From Verrucomicrobiota bacterium (GTDB lineage: Bacteria > Verrucomicrobiota > Verrucomicrobiia > Limisphaerales > UBA9464), in NCBI GenBank assembly GCA_025363585.1, contig JANYDN010000177.1, positions 7,749 through 71,748 on the forward strand: 64,000 bases of DNA. The letters are read 5' to 3'. Numbering within the stretch: position 1 is the first letter of the stretch; each line of letters opens with the position of its first letter. The position numbers and the translations under genes are program-made. The notes beneath the pieces are model-generated. The model was not told the origin of the DNA. It did not search any database and was given only the letters and a program-made list of their open reading frames with translations. Positions 53,605-62,141 of this stretch are shown one piece after another.

Positions 53605-54645
53605 ATGACGACGCGACCGCACGACGGGGGCCCCAAGGACGGCGGATTGCCGGTGGCGGCACCGCGGCCTTGGCCCATCGCGTCGGTCCTCGCCCGCGTT
53701 CGCGGAAGCTCGCGGCTGGTCGAGCAGGGCAACGCCAACGAACTGACCTTCGCCGCGATGGGAACCCAGTGCCGCGTCCAATTCGCGACGCCCCGTGTCG
53801 GCGCCCGCCGCGTGTCCGATGCGGTCCTCGAATGGGTCGCCGGGTTCGAGGCGAAGTATTCGCGGTTCCTCGACGATTCGTTGGTGTCGCAGATCAATGC
53901 CGCCGCCGGAGGCCCGTGGATGGCGCTCGATCCGGAAGCCGAACGGCTGGTCGCGCTCTGCGACCAACTCGTCTTCATGACGCGTGGCATCCTCGATCCC
54001 ACGGCGCTTCCCGTGATCCGGCTTTGGGATTGGAAGAAGGCCAGGATTCCTACCGACGCCGAGGTCGCGTCGGGTCTGGCGTTGGTGGGATGGCGCCAAG
54101 TCCAGCGCGTGCCGGGACGGTTTCGTCTGCCCCGCGCCGGCATGGCCATCGATCTTGGCGGGGTCGGGAAGGAATACGCCGTCGACCAAGTCATCCTGCT
54201 TCTCGCGCAGGCGGGCGTCGTGTCCGCGCTCGTGGATTTTGGCGCCGACGTCCGCGTGCTCGGTCTCCCTTCCGACGGGCGTCCGGCATGGAAGATCGGA
54301 CTCGAGGACGCGCTTCGGCCCGGGACACCGTGGACCCACCTTGTCCTTCGCGACGGCGCCGTGGCGACGTCCGGGGACTATCTCCGCGGGTTCGACGCGG
54401 GTGGCCGGCGTTACGGCCACATCGTCGATCCGCGTACGGGCCGTCCGGTCGACCAGGACGTCCTCGCGGCGAGCGTCTTCGCCCCGAGTTGCACCCAAGC
54501 CGGCATGTTGAGCACCGCCGCGTGCGTGCTCGGACCCGTCGAGGGACGGCGTCTGCTGGAATCTTCCCCCGGTGTCCATGGCTGCATCGTCACCCGCAAG
54601 GGCACGGTCACAACATCCCGCTTCCATGAATTCGTATCGACCTAG
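53605..54645 (+). CDS. apbE: FAD:protein FMN transferase (ApbE family)
   Basis: FAAMGTQCRV, YSRFLDDSLVSQIN, GILDPTALPVIRLW, MAIDLGGVGKEYAVD, AVATSGDYLRGFDAGGRRYGHIVDPRTGRP. Confidence 0.85.
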   Translation: MTTRPHDGGPKDGGLPVAAPRPWPIASVLARVRGSSRLVEQGNANELTFAAMGTQCRVQFATPRVGARRVSDAVLEWVAGFEAKYSRFLDDSLVSQINAAAGGPWMALDPEAERLVALCDQLVFMTRGILDPTALPVIRLWDWKKARIPTDAEVASGLALVGWRQVQRVPGRFRLPRAGMAIDLGGVGKEYAVDQVILLLAQAGVVSALVDFGADVRVLGLPSDGRPAWKIGLEDALRPGTPWTHLVLRDGAVATSGDYLRGFDAGGRRYGHIVDPRTGRPVDQDVLAASVFAPSCTQAGMLSTAACVLGPVEGRRLLESSPGVHGCIVTRKGTVTTSRFHEFVST

Positions 54646-55132
54646 CCCGTTCTGGGCGGCATTGGCCGCCGTTTTGATTTTAGTGCACGCCGCGGTCGCG
54701 GCGCCGGTGCGCGTCGGCGACGCGTTTCCCGATCTCGCCGCCGCCGGCTTCGAGGGCGCGCTGCCCGACCTTGCCGGCAAGATCGTCATCGTCGACTTCT
54801 GGGCGTCGTGGTGCGTGCCCTGCAAGAAGGCGCTGCCGATGTACGCCGAGCTCCAGAAGGAATACGGCGACCGCGGCGTCGTCGTGATCGCGGTGAACCT
54901 CGACGAGGAAAAGGGCAAGATGGAGGCCTTCCTCAAGAAGATCCCGCTCCCCTTCACGACGGTCCGCGATGCGAAGGGAAGGTTTGCCGAGAAGATCGGG
55001 GTCGCCGGCATCCCGACCAGCTACGTGCTCTCGCCCGACGGCAAGGTCCACGCGCTCCACCGCGATTTCGAGGGCGAGAAGACGCGCCACAAACTCACCG
55101 TCGAGCTCGACGCGATCCTGAAATCCAAGTGA
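54626..55132 (+). CDS. TlpA-like thiol:disulfide oxidoreductase (thioredoxin fold), membrane-anchored/periplasmic
   Basis: Start MNSYRPSPFWAALAAVLILVHAAVA. IVIVDFWASWCVPCKKALP (WCxxC). AGIPTSYVLSPDGKV. Overlaps the apbE 3-prime end by 20 nt. Confidence 0.85.
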   Translation: MNSYRPSPFWAALAAVLILVHAAVAAPVRVGDAFPDLAAAGFEGALPDLAGKIVIVDFWASWCVPCKKALPMYAELQKEYGDRGVVVIAVNLDEEKGKMEAFLKKIPLPFTTVRDAKGRFAEKIGVAGIPTSYVLSPDGKVHALHRDFEGEKTRHKLTVELDAILKSK

Positions 55133-55140
55133 AAGATGCC

Positions 55141-55374
55141 ATGAAGCCGAATCGCAACCCCCGCATGTTTATGGCCGTCGTCCTCGTCGCCGTCGCGGCG
55201 GGCGCGTCCGGTTGCCAGACGGTGAAACCGTGGCAACGCGGCACGTTGGGCGACGAATTGATGCGTCCCGACCGCGACCCGCTGGGCCTGGCGTTCTCCG
55301 AACATGTCTGGTTCTCGCGCGAGGCCGCTTCGGGCGGACGCGGCGTCGGCGGCGGTGGCTGCGGCTGCAATTGA
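55141..55374 (+). CDS. DUF4266-like small lipoprotein with a Gly/Cys C-terminus
   Basis: MKPNRNPRMFMAVVLVAVAAGASGC (lipobox AGASGC), QTVKPWQRGTLGDELMRPDRDP, ends GGRGVGGGGCGCN. 77 aa; hidden inside track ORF 54808..55374. Confidence 0.7.
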   Translation: MKPNRNPRMFMAVVLVAVAAGASGCQTVKPWQRGTLGDELMRPDRDPLGLAFSEHVWFSREAASGGRGVGGGGCGCN

Positions 55375-55455
55375 TATCGAACCCGATTTTTTCCCCGGGG
55401 AACCCGCGCGACCGAAACCGTCCGGGTTCCCATTCCCACTTCAAATTACCCCACC

Positions 55456-56655
55456 ATGCACTACCGCAGATTGCCGTCGTTGTTCGTGGCCCTGTTCCTC
55501 CAGTTCTCCCCGCTGGTGCGGACTTTCCAACCCGTGCTGACGGGCATCCTCCAGCCGATCGCCGCGCTCCTGCGGCTGGCGACGGCCGCCACCGCCATGG
55601 CCGGCGGTGCGCACGCGTTGTCCGGCGCGACCGGACTCCTGAGCGCCGGCTCCGTCCGCGGGACCAACGGCGTCGCGCTCAGCTACCGCGCCCAGATCAG
55701 TTCGACCGAGTACGGTGCCGCGAAGTCCTACAAGATCATCTCCGGCGCCCCGGCCGGCATGAAGATCACGAGCATCACGCTGGGCAGCGTCTCCGGAACG
55801 ATCACCGCGACGCCCGGGATTTACTTGACCACCTTCCGGGGATACCAAAACAACAACCAGAGCGGGTTTACCTTCGATGCCGTCGTCGACTTCACCATCG
55901 TCGGCGTCGCACCGACGATCACCCAGGATCCGCTGACCCAGACGGTCAATGAGGGCGACAACGTGACGTTGTCGGTCGTCGTCAAAAGCGTCGGCGAAAC
56001 CCCGACGTACCAATGGATCAAGGACGGCATCGAGCTCGATTCGCGGACGGATTCCTCGATCGTGTTCTCGCCGGTGACGATCGGCGACCAAGGCTCGTAC
56101 ACGTGCCGCGTCGAAAACAGCGGCGGGATCGCGGTCAGCGGCCCGGGCGTCCTCACCGTCAACCCCGCGGCGCAGTCCCCAGTGATCCAGTCGTTCGTCG
56201 CGTCGCCGGCCGACACGTTGCATCCCGGCGAGACGCTCACGCTCACGGTCGCGGCAACCGCCGGCTCCGCGCTTTCGTACCAATGGTTCCTCGACACCCA
56301 CCCCGTCGCCGGTGCCACCGACCCGACGCTCGTCGTCCCGAAGGTCGGGCCCGGCAACTCGGGTTCGTACACGGTCACCGCGACCGCCAACTCCCGCGCG
56401 ACCACATCGGCGCCGATCGTGGTTGCCCTGGGCCCTTCGCTCGTCGCGGGCACGCCGACTCCCGGTGCCGCGGCCACCACGATCCCGTTCGGCGCGATCG
56501 TCGGGCGACACTATTTCCTCGAGACATCGACGGCGTTCGATGCGTCTTCCTGGACGCCGGTCGTCGATCAGGTCGCGTCGGACGCGAATGCTTCGCTGGT
56601 CGATCCGACGGCGTCGGACGCCGAGATCCGCCTGTATCGGATCCGCGTGCAATAA
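55456..56655 (+). CDS. Secreted protein with two immunoglobulin I-set-like domains and a C-terminal ST..W..YR tail
   Basis: APTITQDPLTQTVNEGDNVTLSVVVKSVGETPTYQWIKDGIELDSRTDSSIVFSPVTIGDQGSYTCRVENSGG (classic I-set pattern). A second unit ALSYQWFLDTHPVAGATDPTLVVPKVGPGNSGSYTVTA. Confidence 0.75.
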   Translation: MHYRRLPSLFVALFLQFSPLVRTFQPVLTGILQPIAALLRLATAATAMAGGAHALSGATGLLSAGSVRGTNGVALSYRAQISSTEYGAAKSYKIISGAPAGMKITSITLGSVSGTITATPGIYLTTFRGYQNNNQSGFTFDAVVDFTIVGVAPTITQDPLTQTVNEGDNVTLSVVVKSVGETPTYQWIKDGIELDSRTDSSIVFSPVTIGDQGSYTCRVENSGGIAVSGPGVLTVNPAAQSPVIQSFVASPADTLHPGETLTLTVAATAGSALSYQWFLDTHPVAGATDPTLVVPKVGPGNSGSYTVTATANSRATTSAPIVVALGPSLVAGTPTPGAAATTIPFGAIVGRHYFLETSTAFDASSWTPVVDQVASDANASLVDPTASDAEIRLYRIRVQ

Positions 56656-56685
56656 TCCCGTCGTGCCGCGCCCGCCGCGTTGCCG

Positions 56686-59013
56686 TCAGCGTCCGCCGCG
56701 TCGCCGGAGCCGCAGCGCGTTGCCGATCACCACCACGTCGCTGAGGCCCATCGCCACCGCGCACAATACCGGGCTCACCATTCCGAGCGCGGCCAACGGC
56801 ACCGCCGCGGCGTTGTAAAAGAAGGCCCAGAACAGATTCTGGCGGATCGTCCGCAACGTCGCGCGGGCCAATGCCAGCGCTTCCGGAACCGCACGGAGAT
56901 CCGCGCGCAGCAACACCAATCCCGCCGCTTCCCGCGCGACGTCGCTCGCCGCGGCCATCGCGATCCCGAGGTCCGCCGCGGCGAGGGCCGGGCCGTCGTT
57001 GATGCCGTCGCCCACGAACGCCACGCGTTTTCCCGCGGCCTGGAGACGCCGGAGTTCCGCGACCTTCCCGTCGGGTTTCACCTCGGCGAACACGTGGTCC
57101 TCCGCGATTCCCGCGGTCGTTGCCGCCGCGGCCGCGACCCTTGGGTGGTCGCCGGTCAACAGGTAGACGTCGATGCCGGACCCGCGCAGCGCCGCGACCA
57201 CCGCGGACGCCTCGGCCCGCACCTCGTCGCGCACCGCGAACGCGCCCCAGAGTTTTCCGTCGGCGAACACCAGCGTCGGGGTGGCGCCTTTCGCAAGCCA
57301 CGCCTCGACGAATCCCGACGCCGCGGAGAAATCGTGTCCCCGCTCGCGGAACGACGCGATGGAACCGATCTCGACGGCGTGTCCCCACCACGTGCCCGCG
57401 ATGCCCGCGCCACGGCGCTCCGTCCAATCGGAAACCTCGAGCGAACCCGGCGCGAGGGCCGCGAGCGCGCGTGCAAGCGGGTGTTGCGAATGGCGCGCGA
57501 ACGACGCGGCGACCTCGGCCAGCGGCACCACGCGTTCGTTCGCCGCGCGATGATCCTCCTCGGCGACGACCACGGGCCGCCCGTGGGTCAGGGTGCCGGT
57601 CTTGTCGAACACCACCGTGTCGACGCGGCCGCAGGTTTCCAACGAGACGGCGTCCCGGATCAGGATGCCGCGTCGCGCACCGGCGTTGACGCCCGCCATC
57701 AACGCGACGGGCGTGGCGAGTCCCATCGCGCACGGGCAGGCCACGACGAGGACCGCGCACGCCACGACGATTCCCGCCGCGAGCGGTGTTTCCGGCGGAT
57801 GCGCGTGCCAAAGAAACGCCGCGATCGAATCATGCGCGGCCCGCGCGGATTCCGGCGCGAGCCACCACCACGCGCCGGCGCCGAGCGCGACCAGCAGGAT
57901 CACCGGGACGAACACCGCGCTGACGCGGTCCGCGAGGCGTTGAACCCCCGCGCGGGTGCCTTGCGCGTGACGCACCAGTTCGACGATCCGCGCGAGAGAG
58001 GTCGATTCTCCGGTCGCGGTCACGCGCGCCACCAATCGTCCGGATTGGTTCATCGAGCCTGCCAATAGGTTCGCGCCGGCTTCCTTCTCGACGGGTATCG
58101 ATTCACCGGTGAGCAACGATTCGTCGACGGCGGAATTCCCGTCGTCGACGAGAGCGTCCACCGGGATGCGGTCGCCCGGACGGATCGCGACGAGGTCGCC
58201 CGGGACCAACGTCTGCACGGGCACTTCGGATTCCGAGCCGTCGGGCGCGAGGCGTCGCGCTGTGGCCGGCGCGAGCTCGAGCAACGCGCGCACGGCGGAA
58301 CCGGCCTGCGCGGCCATGCGTGCCTCGAGGAAATGCCCGAGGCTCACGAACGTGAGGATCGTGGCGGCCTCGGCAAAGAAGACGTGCCCCGGCGTTCCCG
58401 AGATCACGACGACCGCGGAATAGACGAATGCGACCGTGGATCCGAGCGCGACCAGCGTGTCCATGTTCGCGCCGCCCGCGCGGAGTTGGTTCCACGCGCC
58501 GCGCTGGAAGCGTCCGCCAAGCCAGAGTTGCACCGGAAGCGCGAGGGCGAACGCGATCCACCGGAACGCGGGGTTCATCCCGAGCCCGAAGGCCCAGTCG
58601 CCCGCCAGCAAAACCACGGTGACCGGCACGCCCAGATAAAGCGGGAGGCGCCACGGATTCGACGCGGGAGCCTCCGCCGCGCCTTCCGCGATGGGGGTTG
58701 CCTCGTAGCCGGCGTCGCGGACCGATCGCGTCGCCAGTTCGGGATCGGGAGCGACGCCGGGTTTCCATTGCACGACCGCGGTGCCGGCCTCGAGCGAGAC
58801 GTCCGCATGGGCGACACCGGCCACGCCAGCGAGCGCGTTGGTGACCGTCAGGACGCAATGCTGGCAGGTGATGCCGCCGACGCGCAGGCGGGTTCGGAGC
58901 CCGTTGGCAGGCGGCGAAACGACCGGCGCGGGGGGCTGTGGCGATGGTGGCCGGATACGCGGCGCGGCCCCGCCGTCTTGGCGTCGATGGAATTGGACCG
59001 GACTTTCGGCCAT
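56686..59013 (-). CDS. copA: Copper-translocating P1B-type ATPase
   Basis: Start MAESPVQF. HMA domain LRVGGITCQHCVLTVTNAL. TM CPC motif VVACPCAMGLATP. DKTGTLT. GDGINDGPALAAADLGIAM. The track extension to 59157 is repeat DNA. Confidence 0.9.
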   Translation of the reverse strand: MAESPVQFHRRQDGGAAPRIRPPSPQPPAPVVSPPANGLRTRLRVGGITCQHCVLTVTNALAGVAGVAHADVSLEAGTAVVQWKPGVAPDPELATRSVRDAGYEATPIAEGAAEAPASNPWRLPLYLGVPVTVVLLAGDWAFGLGMNPAFRWIAFALALPVQLWLGGRFQRGAWNQLRAGGANMDTLVALGSTVAFVYSAVVVISGTPGHVFFAEAATILTFVSLGHFLEARMAAQAGSAVRALLELAPATARRLAPDGSESEVPVQTLVPGDLVAIRPGDRIPVDALVDDGNSAVDESLLTGESIPVEKEAGANLLAGSMNQSGRLVARVTATGESTSLARIVELVRHAQGTRAGVQRLADRVSAVFVPVILLVALGAGAWWWLAPESARAAHDSIAAFLWHAHPPETPLAAGIVVACAVLVVACPCAMGLATPVALMAGVNAGARRGILIRDAVSLETCGRVDTVVFDKTGTLTHGRPVVVAEEDHRAANERVVPLAEVAASFARHSQHPLARALAALAPGSLEVSDWTERRGAGIAGTWWGHAVEIGSIASFRERGHDFSAASGFVEAWLAKGATPTLVFADGKLWGAFAVRDEVRAEASAVVAALRGSGIDVYLLTGDHPRVAAAAATTAGIAEDHVFAEVKPDGKVAELRRLQAAGKRVAFVGDGINDGPALAAADLGIAMAAASDVAREAAGLVLLRADLRAVPEALALARATLRTIRQNLFWAFFYNAAAVPLAALGMVSPVLCAVAMGLSDVVVIGNALRLRRRGGR

Positions 59014-59073
59014 GCGCGGAACCTCGTTCCACACCGTGGCCGCGGCAACTTGGAACTCCGTAGGGGAGGGGGT

Positions 59074-59198
59074 GAGTTTCAAGTTTTCAGTTTCAAGTTT
59101 GAAGCGGCAGGGGATGAAGCCCGCGTGGGTGACGGCGGCCCTGCCGTCACTCGACAACCTGCGCCGGCTTCAAACTTGAAACTTGAATCTTGAAACTC
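59074..59198. repeat. 125-bp hairpin cassette: 31-nt heptamer-array inverted repeats flanking a GTGACGGC hairpin
   Basis: GAGTTTCAAGTTTTCAGTTTCAAGTTTGAAG (59074-59104) and CTTCAAACTTGAAACTTGAATCTTGAAACTC (59168-59198) are near-perfect reverse complements. GTGACGGC-GGCCCT-GCCGTCAC lies at 59129-59150. Confidence 0.9.
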
Positions 59199-61085
59199 CC
59201 GCGCCAGCGGGCCCCAAAACCCGCCTTGCCACTCGGGCTTCTCTCCCGAGACTGGCAGAGAGTGTTCCGCTTTCTCGGCCAGCTTTGGCAATACGTGCAT
59301 CCGTACCGGATCCGCCTGTTCGTGGGCGTGGCCTGCGGCATCGCCTACGGCGTGATGACCGGCGTCTTCCTGAGCACCGTCAACTTCGTCCCGAAGGTCG
59401 TGTTCGCGGCGCCCGGCGAGAATCCGCTGAGCGACATGCTGGCAAAACTAAAGTGGGCGCCCGCCGGCCTTCGTGCCCAACTCGCGGAATGGGTCCCTCT
59501 CTTCGCCGAGGGACATGTTTCCCGTCGCGCCCTCACCGTCGTCATCGCGTTGCTCCCCGTCGTCGCGTTGCTCCGCGCGATCCTTGCGCAGACGAATGCC
59601 TATCTCATGAACTGGGTCGGCATCCGCGCCGTCACCGACATCCGCTCCGCGCTGTTCGCGCATCTCCAGTATCTGTCCGTTGATTTCTCCAACCGCGCCC
59701 GCGTCGGCGAGCTGATCTCGCGCATCGCCAACGATTGCAACGCGCTCCTGACCGTCATCTCCGAGTCGTTCGGCGTGATGATGCGCGATCCCGTCACCAT
59801 CGTGGCGCTCGTCGGGTGGCTCCTCTGGCAGCAGCCGCGCCTGACCCTGATCGCGCTGCTGGTTTTCCCGCTGTGCGCGATTCCCATCGCGGTCTTCACG
59901 CGCCGGATCCGCCGCTCGGTCCGCAGCACCCGCGAACTCTCCGCCGAACTCACGCAGATCATGACCGAGGCGTTCACCTCGCAACGCGTCGTGAAGGCCT
60001 ACAACCTCGAGAAGAAACTCTCCGGCGATTTCTCCGCCACCGCCGGGCGCATCGCGCGCCAACTGCTCCGCAGCATCCAGGCGAAGGATGCCTCGGGCCA
60101 GGTGATCGAGGTCATGGGCGCCGTCGGGATCGCGATGGTGCTGCTCTACGTGGCCCGTGGCGGCGCGCCCGGGATGAAGCTGGCCGACTTCATCGGCTTC
60201 TTCGGGGCGATGGTGCTGGTGTATCCCGGATTCAAGGCGCTGACCCGGCTCCACGGCCAACTCGAGCAGGCGCGCACGGCCAGCGAGCACGTGTTCACGC
60301 TGCTCGGCCAGCATTCCGACGTCCGCGATCCCGCGAAACCCGTCGAACTCCACGCCGCCGGGGCAGAGGTGCGTTTCGACCGCGTGACCTTCGGATACGG
60401 CGACACGCCGTTGCTCCGTGATTTTGACCTCGTCATCCGGCCCGGTGAATTCGTCGCGCTCGTCGGCGGCAGCGGCGCCGGCAAGACCACGCTCACCAGC
60501 CTGCTGCTTCGTTTCTACGATCCCAACGCGGGCGCGGTGCGCATCGGTGGCGTCGATCTCCGCGATTGCCTCCAGCACGACCTGCGCGCGCAGATCGCCG
60601 TGGTCACCCAGGAAGTCCTCCTCTTCAACGACACCATCGGCGCCAACATCGGGCTCGGTCGTCCCGGCGCCACGCCCGCGGAGATCGAGGCCGCCGCGCG
60701 CCACGCGCACGCGCATGACTTCGTCGTCGCGAGGCCGGAAGGATACGCCTCGGTCATCGGCGACAAGGGCGCGCTTCTTTCCGGCGGCCAAAAACAGCGG
60801 CTGGCCATCGCGCGCGCGCTGCTGAAGGACGCGCCGATCCTGATCCTCGACGAGGCGACGAGCGCGCTCGACACGGAGTCGGAACGCGCCGTGCAGGCGG
60901 GCCTCGAGGTGCTGATGCGCGGCCGCACCACGGTGTGCATCGCGCACCGGCTTTCCACCGTGCAGCACGCGGACCGCATCATCGTGCTGGAGAAGGGCCG
61001 GATCGTGGAGGAAGGCCGGCACGCGGAATTGCTCGCGCGCGGCGGCGCCTACGCGCGTCTCCACGCGATGCAGTTCGCGGCGTGA
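59190..61085 (+). CDS. ABC transporter, fused permease/ATPase (MsbA-like exporter)
   Basis: Six-TM N-terminal half. GGSGAGKTT (Walker A), LSGGQKQRLAIARAL (signature), ILILDEATSALD (Walker B). The track TTG start at 59190 lies inside the repeat, so the true start is probably downstream (for example TTG at 59226). Confidence 0.88.
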   Translation: MKLPRQRAPKPALPLGLLSRDWQRVFRFLGQLWQYVHPYRIRLFVGVACGIAYGVMTGVFLSTVNFVPKVVFAAPGENPLSDMLAKLKWAPAGLRAQLAEWVPLFAEGHVSRRALTVVIALLPVVALLRAILAQTNAYLMNWVGIRAVTDIRSALFAHLQYLSVDFSNRARVGELISRIANDCNALLTVISESFGVMMRDPVTIVALVGWLLWQQPRLTLIALLVFPLCAIPIAVFTRRIRRSVRSTRELSAELTQIMTEAFTSQRVVKAYNLEKKLSGDFSATAGRIARQLLRSIQAKDASGQVIEVMGAVGIAMVLLYVARGGAPGMKLADFIGFFGAMVLVYPGFKALTRLHGQLEQARTASEHVFTLLGQHSDVRDPAKPVELHAAGAEVRFDRVTFGYGDTPLLRDFDLVIRPGEFVALVGGSGAGKTTLTSLLLRFYDPNAGAVRIGGVDLRDCLQHDLRAQIAVVTQEVLLFNDTIGANIGLGRPGATPAEIEAAARHAHAHDFVVARPEGYASVIGDKGALLSGGQKQRLAIARALLKDAPILILDEATSALDTESERAVQAGLEVLMRGRTTVCIAHRLSTVQHADRIIVLEKGRIVEEGRHAELLARGGAYARLHAMQFAA

Positions 61086-61209
61086 CGCGACCGCAACATG
61101 GGTGGGTGGTGTGGCAGCCATCGTGAGATGGCGGACTTCGCAATCCGTCGGGAATTATCCGCAACCGCCCGTTAGCCAGGATCGCCGCGGTTCCTTCATC
61201 GTGGCGCCG

Positions 61210-62064
61210 ATGCAATTCTCGAAGTGTCGTTGGTTCGTCCCCGCGCTCGCCGCCGCGGCGGGCCTCGTCGCGCAGGCCCACGAGGAACCGTTCGGTTATG
61301 TCCGCGGCGCGCAGGTCGAGCCCAAGGGAGAGTGGGAAATCACCCAGTGGAGCACCGCGCGCATCGGCAAGGAGACGGGCCGTTACCTCGGCATGGATTT
61401 CGCCACCGAGCTCGAGTACGGCGTCTCCGACCGCTTCCAGACCGCCGTGTACCTGACGTCGAACTACCATTTCCTCCACGATGCCACCGGCAGTTCGGAG
61501 ACCTTCGACGACCGCAACCGCTTCGGCATATCGGGCACCTCGCTCGAGTTGAAATACCAACTCGCCTCGCCGGAGTCCGCGCCGCTCGGCGTCGCGCTCT
61601 ATTTCGAACCCGGCTACGGCACCATCGGCGGCGTTTCCGGCGAACGGAAACTGGAGATCGAGCTCGAGACCCGTCTCATCCTCCAGAAGAACTTCTTCAA
61701 GGGACGCCTCATCACCGCGTTCAACTACACCGTCGAACCCGAGTGGGAACGCCAGGGCGGCCGATGGGAATCGGAGCTCTGGATGGAGGGATCGCTCGGC
61801 GCAAGCTGGGCGTTGAACCACCGCTGGCGCATCGGCGTCGAGGGACGCGTCCGCTCCGTCTTCGGCCATTCCAATCTCAACGACGCCGGGGCCGTCATGT
61901 TCCATCTCGGGCCGACGCTCTTCTACGCGCGCGACCGTTGGTACGCGTCGCTCACCGTCCTGCCGCAAGTCGCGGGCTGGCCCGATACGCGCGGCAAGGG
62001 CGGCCTGCACCTCGACGAGGGCGAGCGCACCGAGATCCGGCTCAGGCTCGGCTTCGAGTTCTGA
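61210..62064 (+). CDS. Predicted outer-membrane beta-barrel protein (MetA-pathway/transporter-like), hypothetical
   Basis: Signal MQFSKCRWFVPALAAAAGLVAQA. Alternating beta-strand pattern. Terminal RLRLGFEF aromatic ending. Confidence 0.55.
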   Translation: MQFSKCRWFVPALAAAAGLVAQAHEEPFGYVRGAQVEPKGEWEITQWSTARIGKETGRYLGMDFATELEYGVSDRFQTAVYLTSNYHFLHDATGSSETFDDRNRFGISGTSLELKYQLASPESAPLGVALYFEPGYGTIGGVSGERKLEIELETRLILQKNFFKGRLITAFNYTVEPEWERQGGRWESELWMEGSLGASWALNHRWRIGVEGRVRSVFGHSNLNDAGAVMFHLGPTLFYARDRWYASLTVLPQVAGWPDTRGKGGLHLDEGERTEIRLRLGFEF

Positions 62065-62141
62065 CGCGGCTCGCATTCCGGTGCGTCGCGCCGCGTGCTT
62101 TCCTTCTTCCCACCGCGTCCGCGCGCCGCACTCTCCGGCGC

